DNA of 64,000 nucleotides from an uncultured archaeon (GTDB lineage: Archaea > Thermoplasmatota > Penumbrarchaeia > JASLWR01), in assembly GCA_964342815.1 (NCBI GenBank), contig CAYFHS010000017.1, forward strand, positions 1 to 64,000. The letters run 5' to 3'. A program made the position numbers and the translations under genes. Shown piece by piece: positions 8,880 through 18,500 of this stretch (positions within the stretch are counted from its first letter, which is position 1; every line of letters begins with the position of its first letter). The notes under the pieces are model-generated. The model was not told the DNA's origin. It was given only the letters and a program-made list of their open reading frames with translations, and did no database searches.

Positions 8880-9499
8880 GAAATCACCAGGCTTTCCATG
8901 GATAAATTCAACAATGAATCGATGTCGATCTTTTCTTCCTCGGCCAATATTCGACCCAACTCCGAACGGGTGGATGGTTTTTTCGGTACTATCGTGCAGC
9001 AGACTCCCGGTCTAATGGATATATCAAAAGTACCAATGTCTTTTGCGATATCAATAATCTCCACCTTGTCCATTCCAATGAGAGGCCGTAGTATCGGAAT
9101 CCTCACTGACTGGTTCTCCACTCTTATGTTTTCGATGGTCTGTGAAGCTACCTGTCCCAGGGACTCACCTGTGACGAGGGCAGAGGCACCAGTCATAGCG
9201 GCGATCTTCTCGCCTACACGCAGCATCATTCGACGGCACAGAACACACTGCAAGTGTCTGTTGCAGCTTCGGGCAAAGGCAACTTGGTTTTCCCTGTGGG
9301 ATACGAGATATTTTTTTATCACGGTGGAACAGAATTTCTCGAGATGTTTCACCAACGCAATTGCTTTATCAATTTCCCGCTCGTCGGTAAAAGGGCGGTT
9401 ATCCAGGTGCAGGGTGATCATTTCCACACCTTGTTTTACCATCAGATATGTTGCTACAGGGGAATCTATACCTCCCGAAACAAGGGATATCATTTTCAT
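8876..9499 (-). CDS. thiI: ThiI-family PP-loop sulfurtransferase, catalytic domain only (no THUMP, no rhodanese)
   Basis: SLVSGGIDSPVA, CVLCRR, VTGESLGQVASQT, RPLIGMDK.EI..IAKDIGT, CC.IVPKKP. Confidence 0.85.
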   Translation of the reverse strand: MKMISLVSGGIDSPVATYLMVKQGVEMITLHLDNRPFTDEREIDKAIALVKHLEKFCSTVIKKYLVSHRENQVAFARSCNRHLQCVLCRRMMLRVGEKIAAMTGASALVTGESLGQVASQTIENIRVENQSVRIPILRPLIGMDKVEIIDIAKDIGTFDISIRPGVCCTIVPKKPSTRSELGRILAEEEKIDIDSLLNLSMESLVIS

Positions 9500-9540
9500 A
9501 TTTTATTACCACCATGGACTGACGCAGTCTCGAAACCGCA

Positions 9541-9906
9541 TTATTTCTCATAATTTCGGGTCCCTTCATTTATCCATTGGAGGTATGCATCCAATCCACC
9601 AATGATGGGTATGACGACGACACATGGCAGTTCATAGCTGTGCAATTTCCTGATAAGCAATATGGCGTCATCGGCATTATCTTTAGTCGTTTTGGCGATC
9701 AATATGCATTCGTCACCCTCTTCTATGTTTCCCTTCCACCGGTATATCGATCTCATTTTTGGAATTATATTTGCACATGCTGCGAGCTTCTCCTCCACAA
9801 GGGCCCGGCCGATACGCTTTGCCTCGGCTTCGTCCGAAGTTGTCGAATAAAGGACCACTGTCTGCGCAGCTTGTTTGTCATTATCAGGCTCAACACACGG
9901 AATCAT
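9541..9906 (-). CDS. cutA: CutA divalent-cation tolerance protein
   Basis: LVEEKLAACANI, SIYRWKG.IE...E, HSYELPC. Confidence 0.92.
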   Translation of the reverse strand: MIPCVEPDNDKQAAQTVVLYSTTSDEAEAKRIGRALVEEKLAACANIIPKMRSIYRWKGNIEEGDECILIAKTTKDNADDAILLIRKLHSYELPCVVVIPIIGGLDAYLQWINEGTRNYEK

Positions 9907-9909
9907 CGA

Positions 9910-10839
9910 TTAGTCTCCCCTTCCGATATCCACCATTCTTTCCAGAGGTAAACGGGCACGTTGGATAATATCCGGAGGCAGTTCGATCATTGGCTCAAGC
10001 GTTTCAAGGCTATTCAATACATGCTCGAGTTTGATCTTTTTCATTGCTGTGCAAATTGCATTTTCAACTGGCCAGAATCTCTTGCCCGGATTCTCCTTAC
10101 GTAATCGATAGGCCATTTCTCTCTCGGTACCTAGGATGAATTCACGGAGCGGTGAATCTCTTGCGTGCTGCATCATTCCCTGTGTCGAAAAAACATGATC
10201 CGCCATATCGATTACTGCTGGGGGGCATTCCGGGTGTACCAATATCTCTGCTTCAGGGTGCTTCTCTTTTTGTTCTCGGAGGTCTTCCGTGTCAATATTC
10301 TGATGAACGTGGCAGTAACCACGCCAGAAGATAAATCTCTTTTCGGGAACGAACCTTTGGACGTATAATCCCAGATTTATATCGGGTACGAAAATGATAT
10401 CTTTGTTGGGCAAACTTCTTACAACCCGCACCGCATTGGAAGAAGTACAGCAAATATCGACTTCCGCCTTGACCTTAGCGGTGGTATTCACATACGCCAC
10501 CGTAGCAGCTTCCGGGTTGGCCTGCTGCAGTTCACGCAGGCTTTCAACATTTATCATGGCGGCCATGGGGCATGATGCTTCCTTTACGGGATGAATAACT
10601 ATCTTTTCGGGTGAGAGTATCTTTGCGCTCTCAGCCATGAAGTCCACCCCGCAGAATACGATCACATCCGCATCGGTCCCGGCAGCGATCTTGCTCAAAT
10701 TCAAGGAATCTCCAAGATAATCACCCACATCCTGGACCTCCGGCAACTGGTAATTGTGGGCTAGAATGATTGCATTCTTTTCCTTTTTAAGCTGTTGGAT
10801 CTTCTCAACTATATTTTCTTTTGATGTTATTTCAATCAC
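9910..10839 (-). CDS. nadA: Quinolinate synthase A
   Basis: ILAHNYQ, GDSL, FCGVDFMAE, CPMA, YVNT, CTSSNA, C.VH, HPEC, GTE, C.AMK. Confidence 0.95.
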   Translation of the reverse strand: MIEITSKENIVEKIQQLKKEKNAIILAHNYQLPEVQDVGDYLGDSLNLSKIAAGTDADVIVFCGVDFMAESAKILSPEKIVIHPVKEASCPMAAMINVESLRELQQANPEAATVAYVNTTAKVKAEVDICCTSSNAVRVVRSLPNKDIIFVPDINLGLYVQRFVPEKRFIFWRGYCHVHQNIDTEDLREQKEKHPEAEILVHPECPPAVIDMADHVFSTQGMMQHARDSPLREFILGTEREMAYRLRKENPGKRFWPVENAICTAMKKIKLEHVLNSLETLEPMIELPPDIIQRARLPLERMVDIGRGD

Positions 10840-10913
10840 CCCTCGGGAACTACACGGCGATATAACAGATATGAATAAAAATATTTTTTAGACCGTTTAA
10901 TTTTCTTTTTTTA

Positions 10914-12089
10914 TTACCCCCAAAGAGGGGACATATTTCTCAATTTTGACACGATATTGGGCAGTATCTCAAGAAGGTAATCGACCTCTTCTTCCGTATT
11001 CCTGCGGCCCAGGGTAAATCTCAGAGAACCATGTGCTTCCGCCGGATCGATGCCAATGGCCCTTAATGCCCGGGAAGGCTCCAGTTTTTTTGAAGAGCAG
11101 GCAGAGCCCGTTGAAGCTGCGATTCCCATGCTGTCAAGTAATAGCAACAAAGACTCACCTTCCACAGCAGTGAACCTGAAATGTGCATTGTTGGGCAGCC
11201 TGTTTACTGGATGTCCGTTGAGGAAAGATTGCTCAATGTTAGTCGAGATACCCCTGATCAATTTGTCCCGAAGATTAAGTAAATGCCTCGTTTCTTGTTC
11301 CATATGCGTCGTGACGATCTCGGCAGCCTTGGCAAGACCCACGATACCGGGAATGTTCTCCGTACCTGATCTAAAACCCCGTTCATGCCCACCACCGTGG
11401 ACTATGGGTCCTATGGTCATTCCCTTCCTGATATAAAGCGCCCCTACGCCTTTTGGACCATATATTTTATGACCCGACAGCGACAGGAGATCTATATTTT
11501 CCTTCCGAACGTCAATGGGAACCTTGCCGAAGGCCTGGACTGCATCGGAGTGAAAAGCGACACCCATTTCCCTGGTTATTTTACCGATCTCTCCGATGGG
11601 TTCAAGAGTGCCGATCTCATTATGCCCGTAGATTATTGAACAGAGAAATGTTGCAGGGGTGATGGCTTCCTGAATCTGGTTCACATCAACAATACCATAT
11701 TGATCAACATTTAGATATTTAACTTTGAAACCCAGCGTCTGGAGATACTTAGCTGTATTGAAAACTGCGGGATGCTCGAATGGAGTGGTTATAATATGAG
11801 GTCCCTTGGGATGCTCCTTTATAAATTTTTTATGCTTAAGGGCGATACCCAGAAGCGCAATGTTATCACTCTCGGTGCCCCCCGAAGTGAATATAATTTC
11901 ATTTTCATCGGCATTCAGAGAAGCAGCAATTTTTTCCCTTGATTCTTCCAGGGCTACCCCTGCTTCTCTGCCAAAAGAATGAAGTGAGGAAGAATTTCCG
12001 TAAAATTTCCTGTAAAAGGGCAACATTGCTTCGATAACTTCTGGATCGGGTGGCGTAGTTGCAGCGTTGTCAAAATATACGCTTCTCAT
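10914..12089 (-). CDS. iscS: Class I (IscS/NifS) cysteine desulfurase
   Basis: YFDNAATT, GNSSSLH, FTSGGTESDN, SGHKIYGPKG, STGSACSS; GGAG RBS before ATG 12089. Confidence 0.93.
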   Translation of the reverse strand: MRSVYFDNAATTPPDPEVIEAMLPFYRKFYGNSSSLHSFGREAGVALEESREKIAASLNADENEIIFTSGGTESDNIALLGIALKHKKFIKEHPKGPHIITTPFEHPAVFNTAKYLQTLGFKVKYLNVDQYGIVDVNQIQEAITPATFLCSIIYGHNEIGTLEPIGEIGKITREMGVAFHSDAVQAFGKVPIDVRKENIDLLSLSGHKIYGPKGVGALYIRKGMTIGPIVHGGGHERGFRSGTENIPGIVGLAKAAEIVTTHMEQETRHLLNLRDKLIRGISTNIEQSFLNGHPVNRLPNNAHFRFTAVEGESLLLLLDSMGIAASTGSACSSKKLEPSRALRAIGIDPAEAHGSLRFTLGRRNTEEEVDYLLEILPNIVSKLRNMSPLWG

Positions 12090-12122
12090 GTTCCATCTCC
12101 CAAAAAAGTTACGGTGCAATCA

Positions 12123-14849
12123 TTAGAAAACAATTGAGTAGTAAGCGACTAGATATACTCCGACGACGATAAGTATAATCCCACTTATACGTTTTATCCA
12201 TGCAGTTGACACTTTAAGTTTTTGTAGGAGGGTCCCGGCGGACATTGCTATCAAGATTGTGACGAGAACCATTAGTGCAGCCATGACGGAAGCAAGTATC
12301 AAAAAGATGAGCAAGGCCGTAAAAAAGTTCCCCGAACTGAAAGCGGTAAAGATGAGTGCTAAAAGGAGAGGTGCCGTACATCCCGCTGCCGCCCCCGCAT
12401 AACCAACTCCATACCAGAATAATTTCATGTAACCCTTTTTCTTCGCGGACTCAAATCGACTATTCAAATTGGATGGCTCTTTCTTCCTCACGAACATTTT
12501 CTTTACAGGTTCGGTTATTCTTGAAAATGGTATCGTGTAATTCGTAAGCATGACTATTCCAAGGAAAACTATAATAACACCCACGAAGGGTTCGATTACA
12601 GGTATGTATGGTGTGATTGCACTTCCACTAATTCCAACGATTACTCCCAACAACATATATAGAAGGACCAAACCAAGAGCTGCTGCGCCCCCTCCCATCA
12701 ACGCACGGCGGATGCTTCTGGATTTATCGAGCCCCATATAATATGACATATAGCCTGGTAGAAGCGGGAATGAACAAGGAGAAAAGAAGGAACCCACTCC
12801 CACCACCACCGCGAATCCGGCCAAACCCAAAGGGGTCGAACCCAGAGAAACAAGTGCCGCACCACCACCCAATGCCTTCTCCACCTCTTGTGTCAAAGTC
12901 GATTCCGGAACTGCACCCACGTGCGAAAATGTAACGCCACCGTTTTCTTCTATGATGACGATCTTGGGAATTGACACGATATTATATTTTGTTTTGAGAT
13001 CATCCGTATCTCTCGCAAATATCCAAGTTGCCTTATGTTTATTCATAAATTCCCGGAGCTGATCTTCATCTTCATTTTCATATACATCGATGGATATCAT
13101 TACGATATCGTCCCCGTATTTTTCATAAATGGCTCTTAGATCGGGCATTGCGTCATTGCAGGGACCGCATGAAACTGCCATGAAATCTATCACTACCACC
13201 TTCCCCTCGAAATCCGAGAGGCTGAATTCATTACCGTCAATATCTGTCAGAGTGAAATCAGGTGCTTTTTCCCCGCCTCGCATAGAAAGAAGATATATGG
13301 AACCGATGATCATTGCTAGAATGATCAGAGCAATGAACATGAAAAACATTTTCCTATTCTTCTTCAATGTTCCAAACATTGATCCATTCTCGGATCCATT
13401 CGCCTTCTGCTTACCTCTGGAAACAAAAAGGAAAATCGCAATTATTAAAACAAGCAGAATACCCAGTATCAAAAATACGGTTCCCATGGAGAATTGCCCG
13501 TCTGCTTCACTGCTCGAAACACCCTTCGAGATGGTGAAATCGTATATTGAAGAGCGCCCTTCCGCACCCAGACCTCCCGATTCGATCCCACTGCCATCGT
13601 ACGCAAGGATCATCAAATATATATTACCCGAATCGCTGACTTCGATGGTGGTGCTTGCGGTGCTGTCTCCATATGCATAGCATACTCCGGCGTCATCGCA
13701 AACCTCCTCCCCGGTAAGATTCATCTCCGCATACGACCATCGCGTGGAATTGGGTGCTTCGAAATTGTAAAGCACTACTGCTTTTGAGATTCCGTCAATG
13801 TCATCGATCTTTGCATTTACAGTTATTTTTCGGTCAACGACAGTATTGACCTTGGATATCACCGGCAGATCGTTCTCCCGGTCAAAGGCGCTGGACGCTG
13901 GGTTTGCCGACTGAATACACCGCGGCACCTGGGCATTGTTACCCTGGTTGCCTTCCTGGGAACTGGTATCGTCGAGATCGTAAATTGCAGCGACGGCCGT
14001 AAGGTTCCCTGGTCTGATAGGGACCTTTGCCTCAGGTATTTTCCATTCCACCGTGGTTATGAATGTGTCATCATTAGATAGGGTGAACTCCTGACCTTTT
14101 ATCGCATAATCTCTAAAGACGTTTCGATTTATGACCATACGGCCCTCAACGGTACTGAAGGCCTCGACATTCTCTTCCACCATGAAAACATACAAACTTG
14201 CTCGAAGCTGCTCATATGGCAGTATGGCATTGCTTCCGAGATAATGGACCTGAACATTGATTGCATAACTGTCTCCGTTATAAATTTGATCCACGAACAG
14301 ATCAACGTATTTGAAATTATTACCCAGCGATTGGAGAGGATGTCTCGGGTTGATATTTCGCTTGTATCGCTCCTTGGAATCCTCAACAGCCTGGACTGCA
14401 GTATTATAGTTCAGCGTTCCACCGGTCATTCCTCCCAGTTCGATATAACCACCGTCGAATTCCGTATCCGGCGTGCCGGACACACCCGGTTGATAATGCC
14501 GCATTCGTTCTTTCGAATCAGCAGTGGCAAGATCGTCCTCACCACCACCGTTCAACTCGTGAAAAACCACAAAATTGAATGGTTGTTCGGGATCTTCATA
14601 GTTCTCATCCCAAAGTTTATCAAGGTCATAGTGGGGCCCGTTCATGCATGACGGGCAGCTCAATCCAGTGAAGAACTCTATAAGCGGCCGGTGGCGGTAT
14701 CCGGAAGGTGCGGGTATGTTTATCGTTGAATCCAAATCCGGGATATCATCGTATTCCTGTACAGACCCAGCTTGTATGGTGTTTATGAATATTGACAATA
14801 CCAGAATTAATAGAACAATAATTACGATTTTTGTAGCTTTTCTTTTCAT
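12123..14849 (-). CDS. Membrane fusion protein: Omp28/thioredoxin-like CxxC domain + TlpA-like redoxin + CcdA/DsbD transmembrane domain
   Basis: Signal anchor; EFFTGLSCPSC; APDFTL.D..G..FSLSDF.GKVVVIDF...SCGPC; SFFSPCSFPLLPGY and AAGCTAP (CcdA cysteines). Confidence 0.85.
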   Translation of the reverse strand: MKRKATKIVIIVLLILVLSIFINTIQAGSVQEYDDIPDLDSTINIPAPSGYRHRPLIEFFTGLSCPSCMNGPHYDLDKLWDENYEDPEQPFNFVVFHELNGGGEDDLATADSKERMRHYQPGVSGTPDTEFDGGYIELGGMTGGTLNYNTAVQAVEDSKERYKRNINPRHPLQSLGNNFKYVDLFVDQIYNGDSYAINVQVHYLGSNAILPYEQLRASLYVFMVEENVEAFSTVEGRMVINRNVFRDYAIKGQEFTLSNDDTFITTVEWKIPEAKVPIRPGNLTAVAAIYDLDDTSSQEGNQGNNAQVPRCIQSANPASSAFDRENDLPVISKVNTVVDRKITVNAKIDDIDGISKAVVLYNFEAPNSTRWSYAEMNLTGEEVCDDAGVCYAYGDSTASTTIEVSDSGNIYLMILAYDGSGIESGGLGAEGRSSIYDFTISKGVSSSEADGQFSMGTVFLILGILLVLIIAIFLFVSRGKQKANGSENGSMFGTLKKNRKMFFMFIALIILAMIIGSIYLLSMRGGEKAPDFTLTDIDGNEFSLSDFEGKVVVIDFMAVSCGPCNDAMPDLRAIYEKYGDDIVMISIDVYENEDEDQLREFMNKHKATWIFARDTDDLKTKYNIVSIPKIVIIEENGGVTFSHVGAVPESTLTQEVEKALGGGAALVSLGSTPLGLAGFAVVVGVGSFFSPCSFPLLPGYMSYYMGLDKSRSIRRALMGGGAAALGLVLLYMLLGVIVGISGSAITPYIPVIEPFVGVIIVFLGIVMLTNYTIPFSRITEPVKKMFVRKKEPSNLNSRFESAKKKGYMKLFWYGVGYAGAAAGCTAPLLLALIFTAFSSGNFFTALLIFLILASVMAALMVLVTILIAMSAGTLLQKLKVSTAWIKRISGIILIVVGVYLVAYYSIVF

Positions 14850-14881
14850 GTATAACCCGGCACATGGCATATTGTCAATGG

Positions 14882-15264
14882 TGAAAATCTCGATGACCCC
14901 TGCGGGCTCATCTGACTTTCCCGCAGGTATGCTGTAAAGTCTCGAAAGAAAGTCGAGATTTTCAGCTTAGCAATGTTAGCGGAATCTCGGCCCGTAGGAA
15001 ACAAAATGTTTCCGAGGGCTCAGCAATGCCGAAGGTATTGCGGAATATAGTGGGAGCCTGTAGGTTTCCGAAGGAAATCGAAGGCTCAGGTGCATTTTTA
15101 ATGCACCGGAATCTGACCGGACACTTGCGGGCACCTGTAGGAACCTGAAGGGTTCTGAAGGTGCAGTTGCATCTCGATGCAACGGAGTAAAACGGGCAGG
15201 TCAGATGTGCCGTCAGGTACATCGAGATGTAATGGGAGCCCGTAGGGTCGATTCCGCCGAATAT
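14882..15264 (+). ncRNA. Candidate modular structured ncRNA / dispersed structured repeat, copy 1 (three tandem GUA/GA stem modules)
   Basis: Closing stem GCGGAATC 14979-14986 / GATTCCGC 15250-15257; three internal units with compensatory changes; homologous copy at ~43400-43633. Confidence 0.65.
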
Positions 15265-15591
15265 AACACTGTTAAAGTTCGATAACAATTCTTTGATACA
15301 TTAATCTTTTTGCCCCAATGGATTCCATAGAATCGGTGCATTTTGGTCGTATTTCCATCTGGTTATCTCAATCTAGATTCGATCCGACTTTGGGTTATTA
15401 ATAAACTCCATCAACCAAAATAGTTATGTGTGAATCATGGCGAGAATATCATATTAAAATCAACATAAGAAGATGCAGTATACGATAAATATATTCGGCT
15501 CGTACTTTTTATATATCATGAACATTATTAATTTAGCCACAAATAATTCCCAACGAAAATAACAAAAAATAACATTAACAGGTGAATAAAT

Positions 15592-18500
15592 ATGAAGAAC
15601 AGGAAAATCACAACTGGTTTCATAATAATCGGATTGTTTATAAGCGCTCTTACACTACTTGCCCCAACCGCAGTGGCAAAGGAGGAAACAAGGGCGGGTT
15701 CAGTAAATAACGTTGGTTTCAAAATTATCGAATGTACTCTTATACAAGGCAAATACGGACTTGGTTACTGGGAAATAAACGTTACGTTCACTGTTGCGGG
15801 CGACTCTGTAAACAATGCCAAAATAAAGGTCGAAGTTACAAGCCCCAACACCAATAATCAGGCCAATGAAACACCTGGGGGAACCTATTTACCGGGAAAT
15901 CATGATGTTCTCAACAGTATCTTTAATTTTTCAAAAGCAGATACGTACACTGTTAAAGCTACGGTTTCATATGACGGTGGAGGTCCAGCCACCCATCAGG
16001 ACGATCTTATCTTTCAGGAAGTGGTCGATTTTACTATCGATAATATCACTCTATATGAAGCACCGTATAACGCTGCAGGGGAATTCGGAATTCTAATGGC
16101 GAAGCCTCATATCATCAGTGCGGATATTACCAATATAGGCAATCACAAGTGCAGTGATATCAGCTCGAGATCAGGTACAAGACAAGAGGATGAGGGGTTG
16201 ACCTTCAACGTTACCGTCAAGACCGGTGGAAATCAAGAGAATGTTCAGCCCGGGGAATCCATGCTTGAGGGTTTCAAGTGTCCCGAACCGGGTGCAACCG
16301 TAAATCTGGTAGATGTCGACCTGAGATTCGAATGGCGTCCGTCGAAAGAGGCGACTTTCACCATCGAAATAAAGGTCACAGACGCGTGTACAGACACGAC
16401 AAAGACGGGCTCGGACAATGTTGTGATTAAAAATTCCACCCAACTGGCAATGGATGGCGTGAAAACAGAGCCAATGGACTCTGTGCTCCAAGGTGAAGTC
16501 TTTGACATCATTGTCGACCTGAACACCTCCGGCAGCAATTGTGATCCGATGATCGAGGTAGGATTTGAGATCAAGGACGATGGAAATAACGTGGTATTCA
16601 AAAATAATATTACCCAAGCCATAGAACCAATGGCGGCAGGGGGAGGTGGGGGCGGTACCAGCGGCGCTTCCGCCATAATGCCGATATATTTCACCGATGT
16701 CACCATAAATGATGCCGGTACCTATACCATATTCGCCTCGGTAACTGACCCCGTACTATCAGGTAGTACAAATATTGAAGTAACCCAGATCGCAAATGAT
16801 CCACCCGTTATCCTAGATATGACAAACCAGGATAGCCTGCTATCACTCAGAAAAGACGATCCCGTGTATTTCAAGTTGAAGTTCACAGATACTTTGTATG
16901 CAGAGAACGTCCACTGCTGGGTAGGAATCGACGAGGGAGACCTGGAAATGACCTGTCAAACGGATGAGTATTTGAGGAATTATACCGCAGGTGAAATCTT
17001 CGAATATGAGTGGAGTGCAACAGGAGGGGAGAACAATTACACCATGAAGGTAACGGATGGCATTCTGAACGTCTCTACGAATGTTTTCAATTTCCATGTT
17101 CTGGATGTACCGCCCGGTTATGGAATGATAAAAGGCGTTGTACGAAACGAGACCTCTAGCGACCCCATATCGGGAGCTACTGTAAAAATCGAGAACAAGG
17201 CCAATGGGAACACCACGGAAGTCCTCACGAATGAGACGGGCCATTATCAAGCGAAACTGGTATACGGCGTATACAAGATACAGGTGTCCAAAGCTGGCTA
17301 CAATACTACTTCAACGGAATTCTCCATCGCGGACGGAAAAGACGTTGAGGAAAAGAACTTTCTGATGTCAGCTGAAGGAGTTGGACCCACCGAATACGGT
17401 TATCTTGAAGGATATGTGAAAACCGTTGACGTTAACGGCTCGGAACATTTCATAGGCGGAGCCAGTATTAAACTCTCGGGCGCCGATGTCCACTGGGGTG
17501 AATCCGAGAACGGTACTGGCGAATATCTTATCAAACCCATGTCAATTGGCATTCCCGTTGGTACATACCAGGTTTTGGTAAAGAAGACGGGTTATAAGGA
17601 CATCGCGGATACCATAGTGATCAAGGCGGGCCAGAACCGGAAGGACTTTGACCTTGTACTAAAGGGAGACGACGATCCAGACCTCGATGATTCATTCGTA
17701 TTGACCATAATTGTCCTGTCCCCATACGATGCGCAAGTTCATATAGACGGAAATGCAATCGAAGTCGATATATCGGGCATGTATTATTTGACTCTCGCAC
17801 GAGGTCCCCACTATGTCGAGGTTATCAAGTCAGGTTACGAAACATATAAAAATGACGAGATCGACCTTCTTTCGAATTCCCGCATAGAGGTTACCTTGAA
17901 GAAATTGGGCGGTGACGACGACGAAGACGACGATGAACCCCCGGTATCCGAGGATTCCATTAAGATAAAGGACAGCAACGGGAATCCCGTGGTGGGTGCC
18001 GTGATTGAATTCAAAATAGGTAATGATACTTATACAGCTACTACCGACAGTGATGGAATCGCCAAATTCAACAGGACCATCCCAAAGGGAACCCAAATAA
18101 CTATTACGACAAAGGATGGTGAAGAAAGACCCGGAACTGTTGGTGATGACAATATCTACACTTGGATGGTGGAAAGCAAGGATCCTGAAGCAAGCGATGA
18201 GGGGATATCCCCGACACTTATCTACATCATCATAGGAATAGTGGTGTTGGTTGTGATATTCATATTGGTTTTCATCATAATCAAGAAAAAGGGGAGCGGC
18301 GACGATGATGACGATGATTATGAGGAAGACGATGAAGAGGAGTACGAGGAGGAGACAAGGAGTAGTGGGCCGGGTCCCTCCATTCCTGCTGTTACAACGG
18401 TCAGTATGGGTTCATGTACCAAATGCGGTACTGTAGTACCACAGGGAACAACATTCTGTCCCCAGTGCGGTAACAACATGAAAGCAGCTCCGCCTGCAAC

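Noticed and set aside
14973-15264. CRISPR array, SRP Alu domain, twister ribozyme or classical REP/MITE interpretation
   Set aside because: No identical repeats with unique spacers; no SRP helix-8 motif; only an isolated TAACACTG of twister; no target-site duplication or transposase seen. REP/MITE origin stays possible but is unsupported
14962-15288. 108-aa and 68-aa minus-strand ORFs over the structured element
   Set aside because: They track the repeat units, have no homology or RBS, and conservation here follows base pairing, not codons
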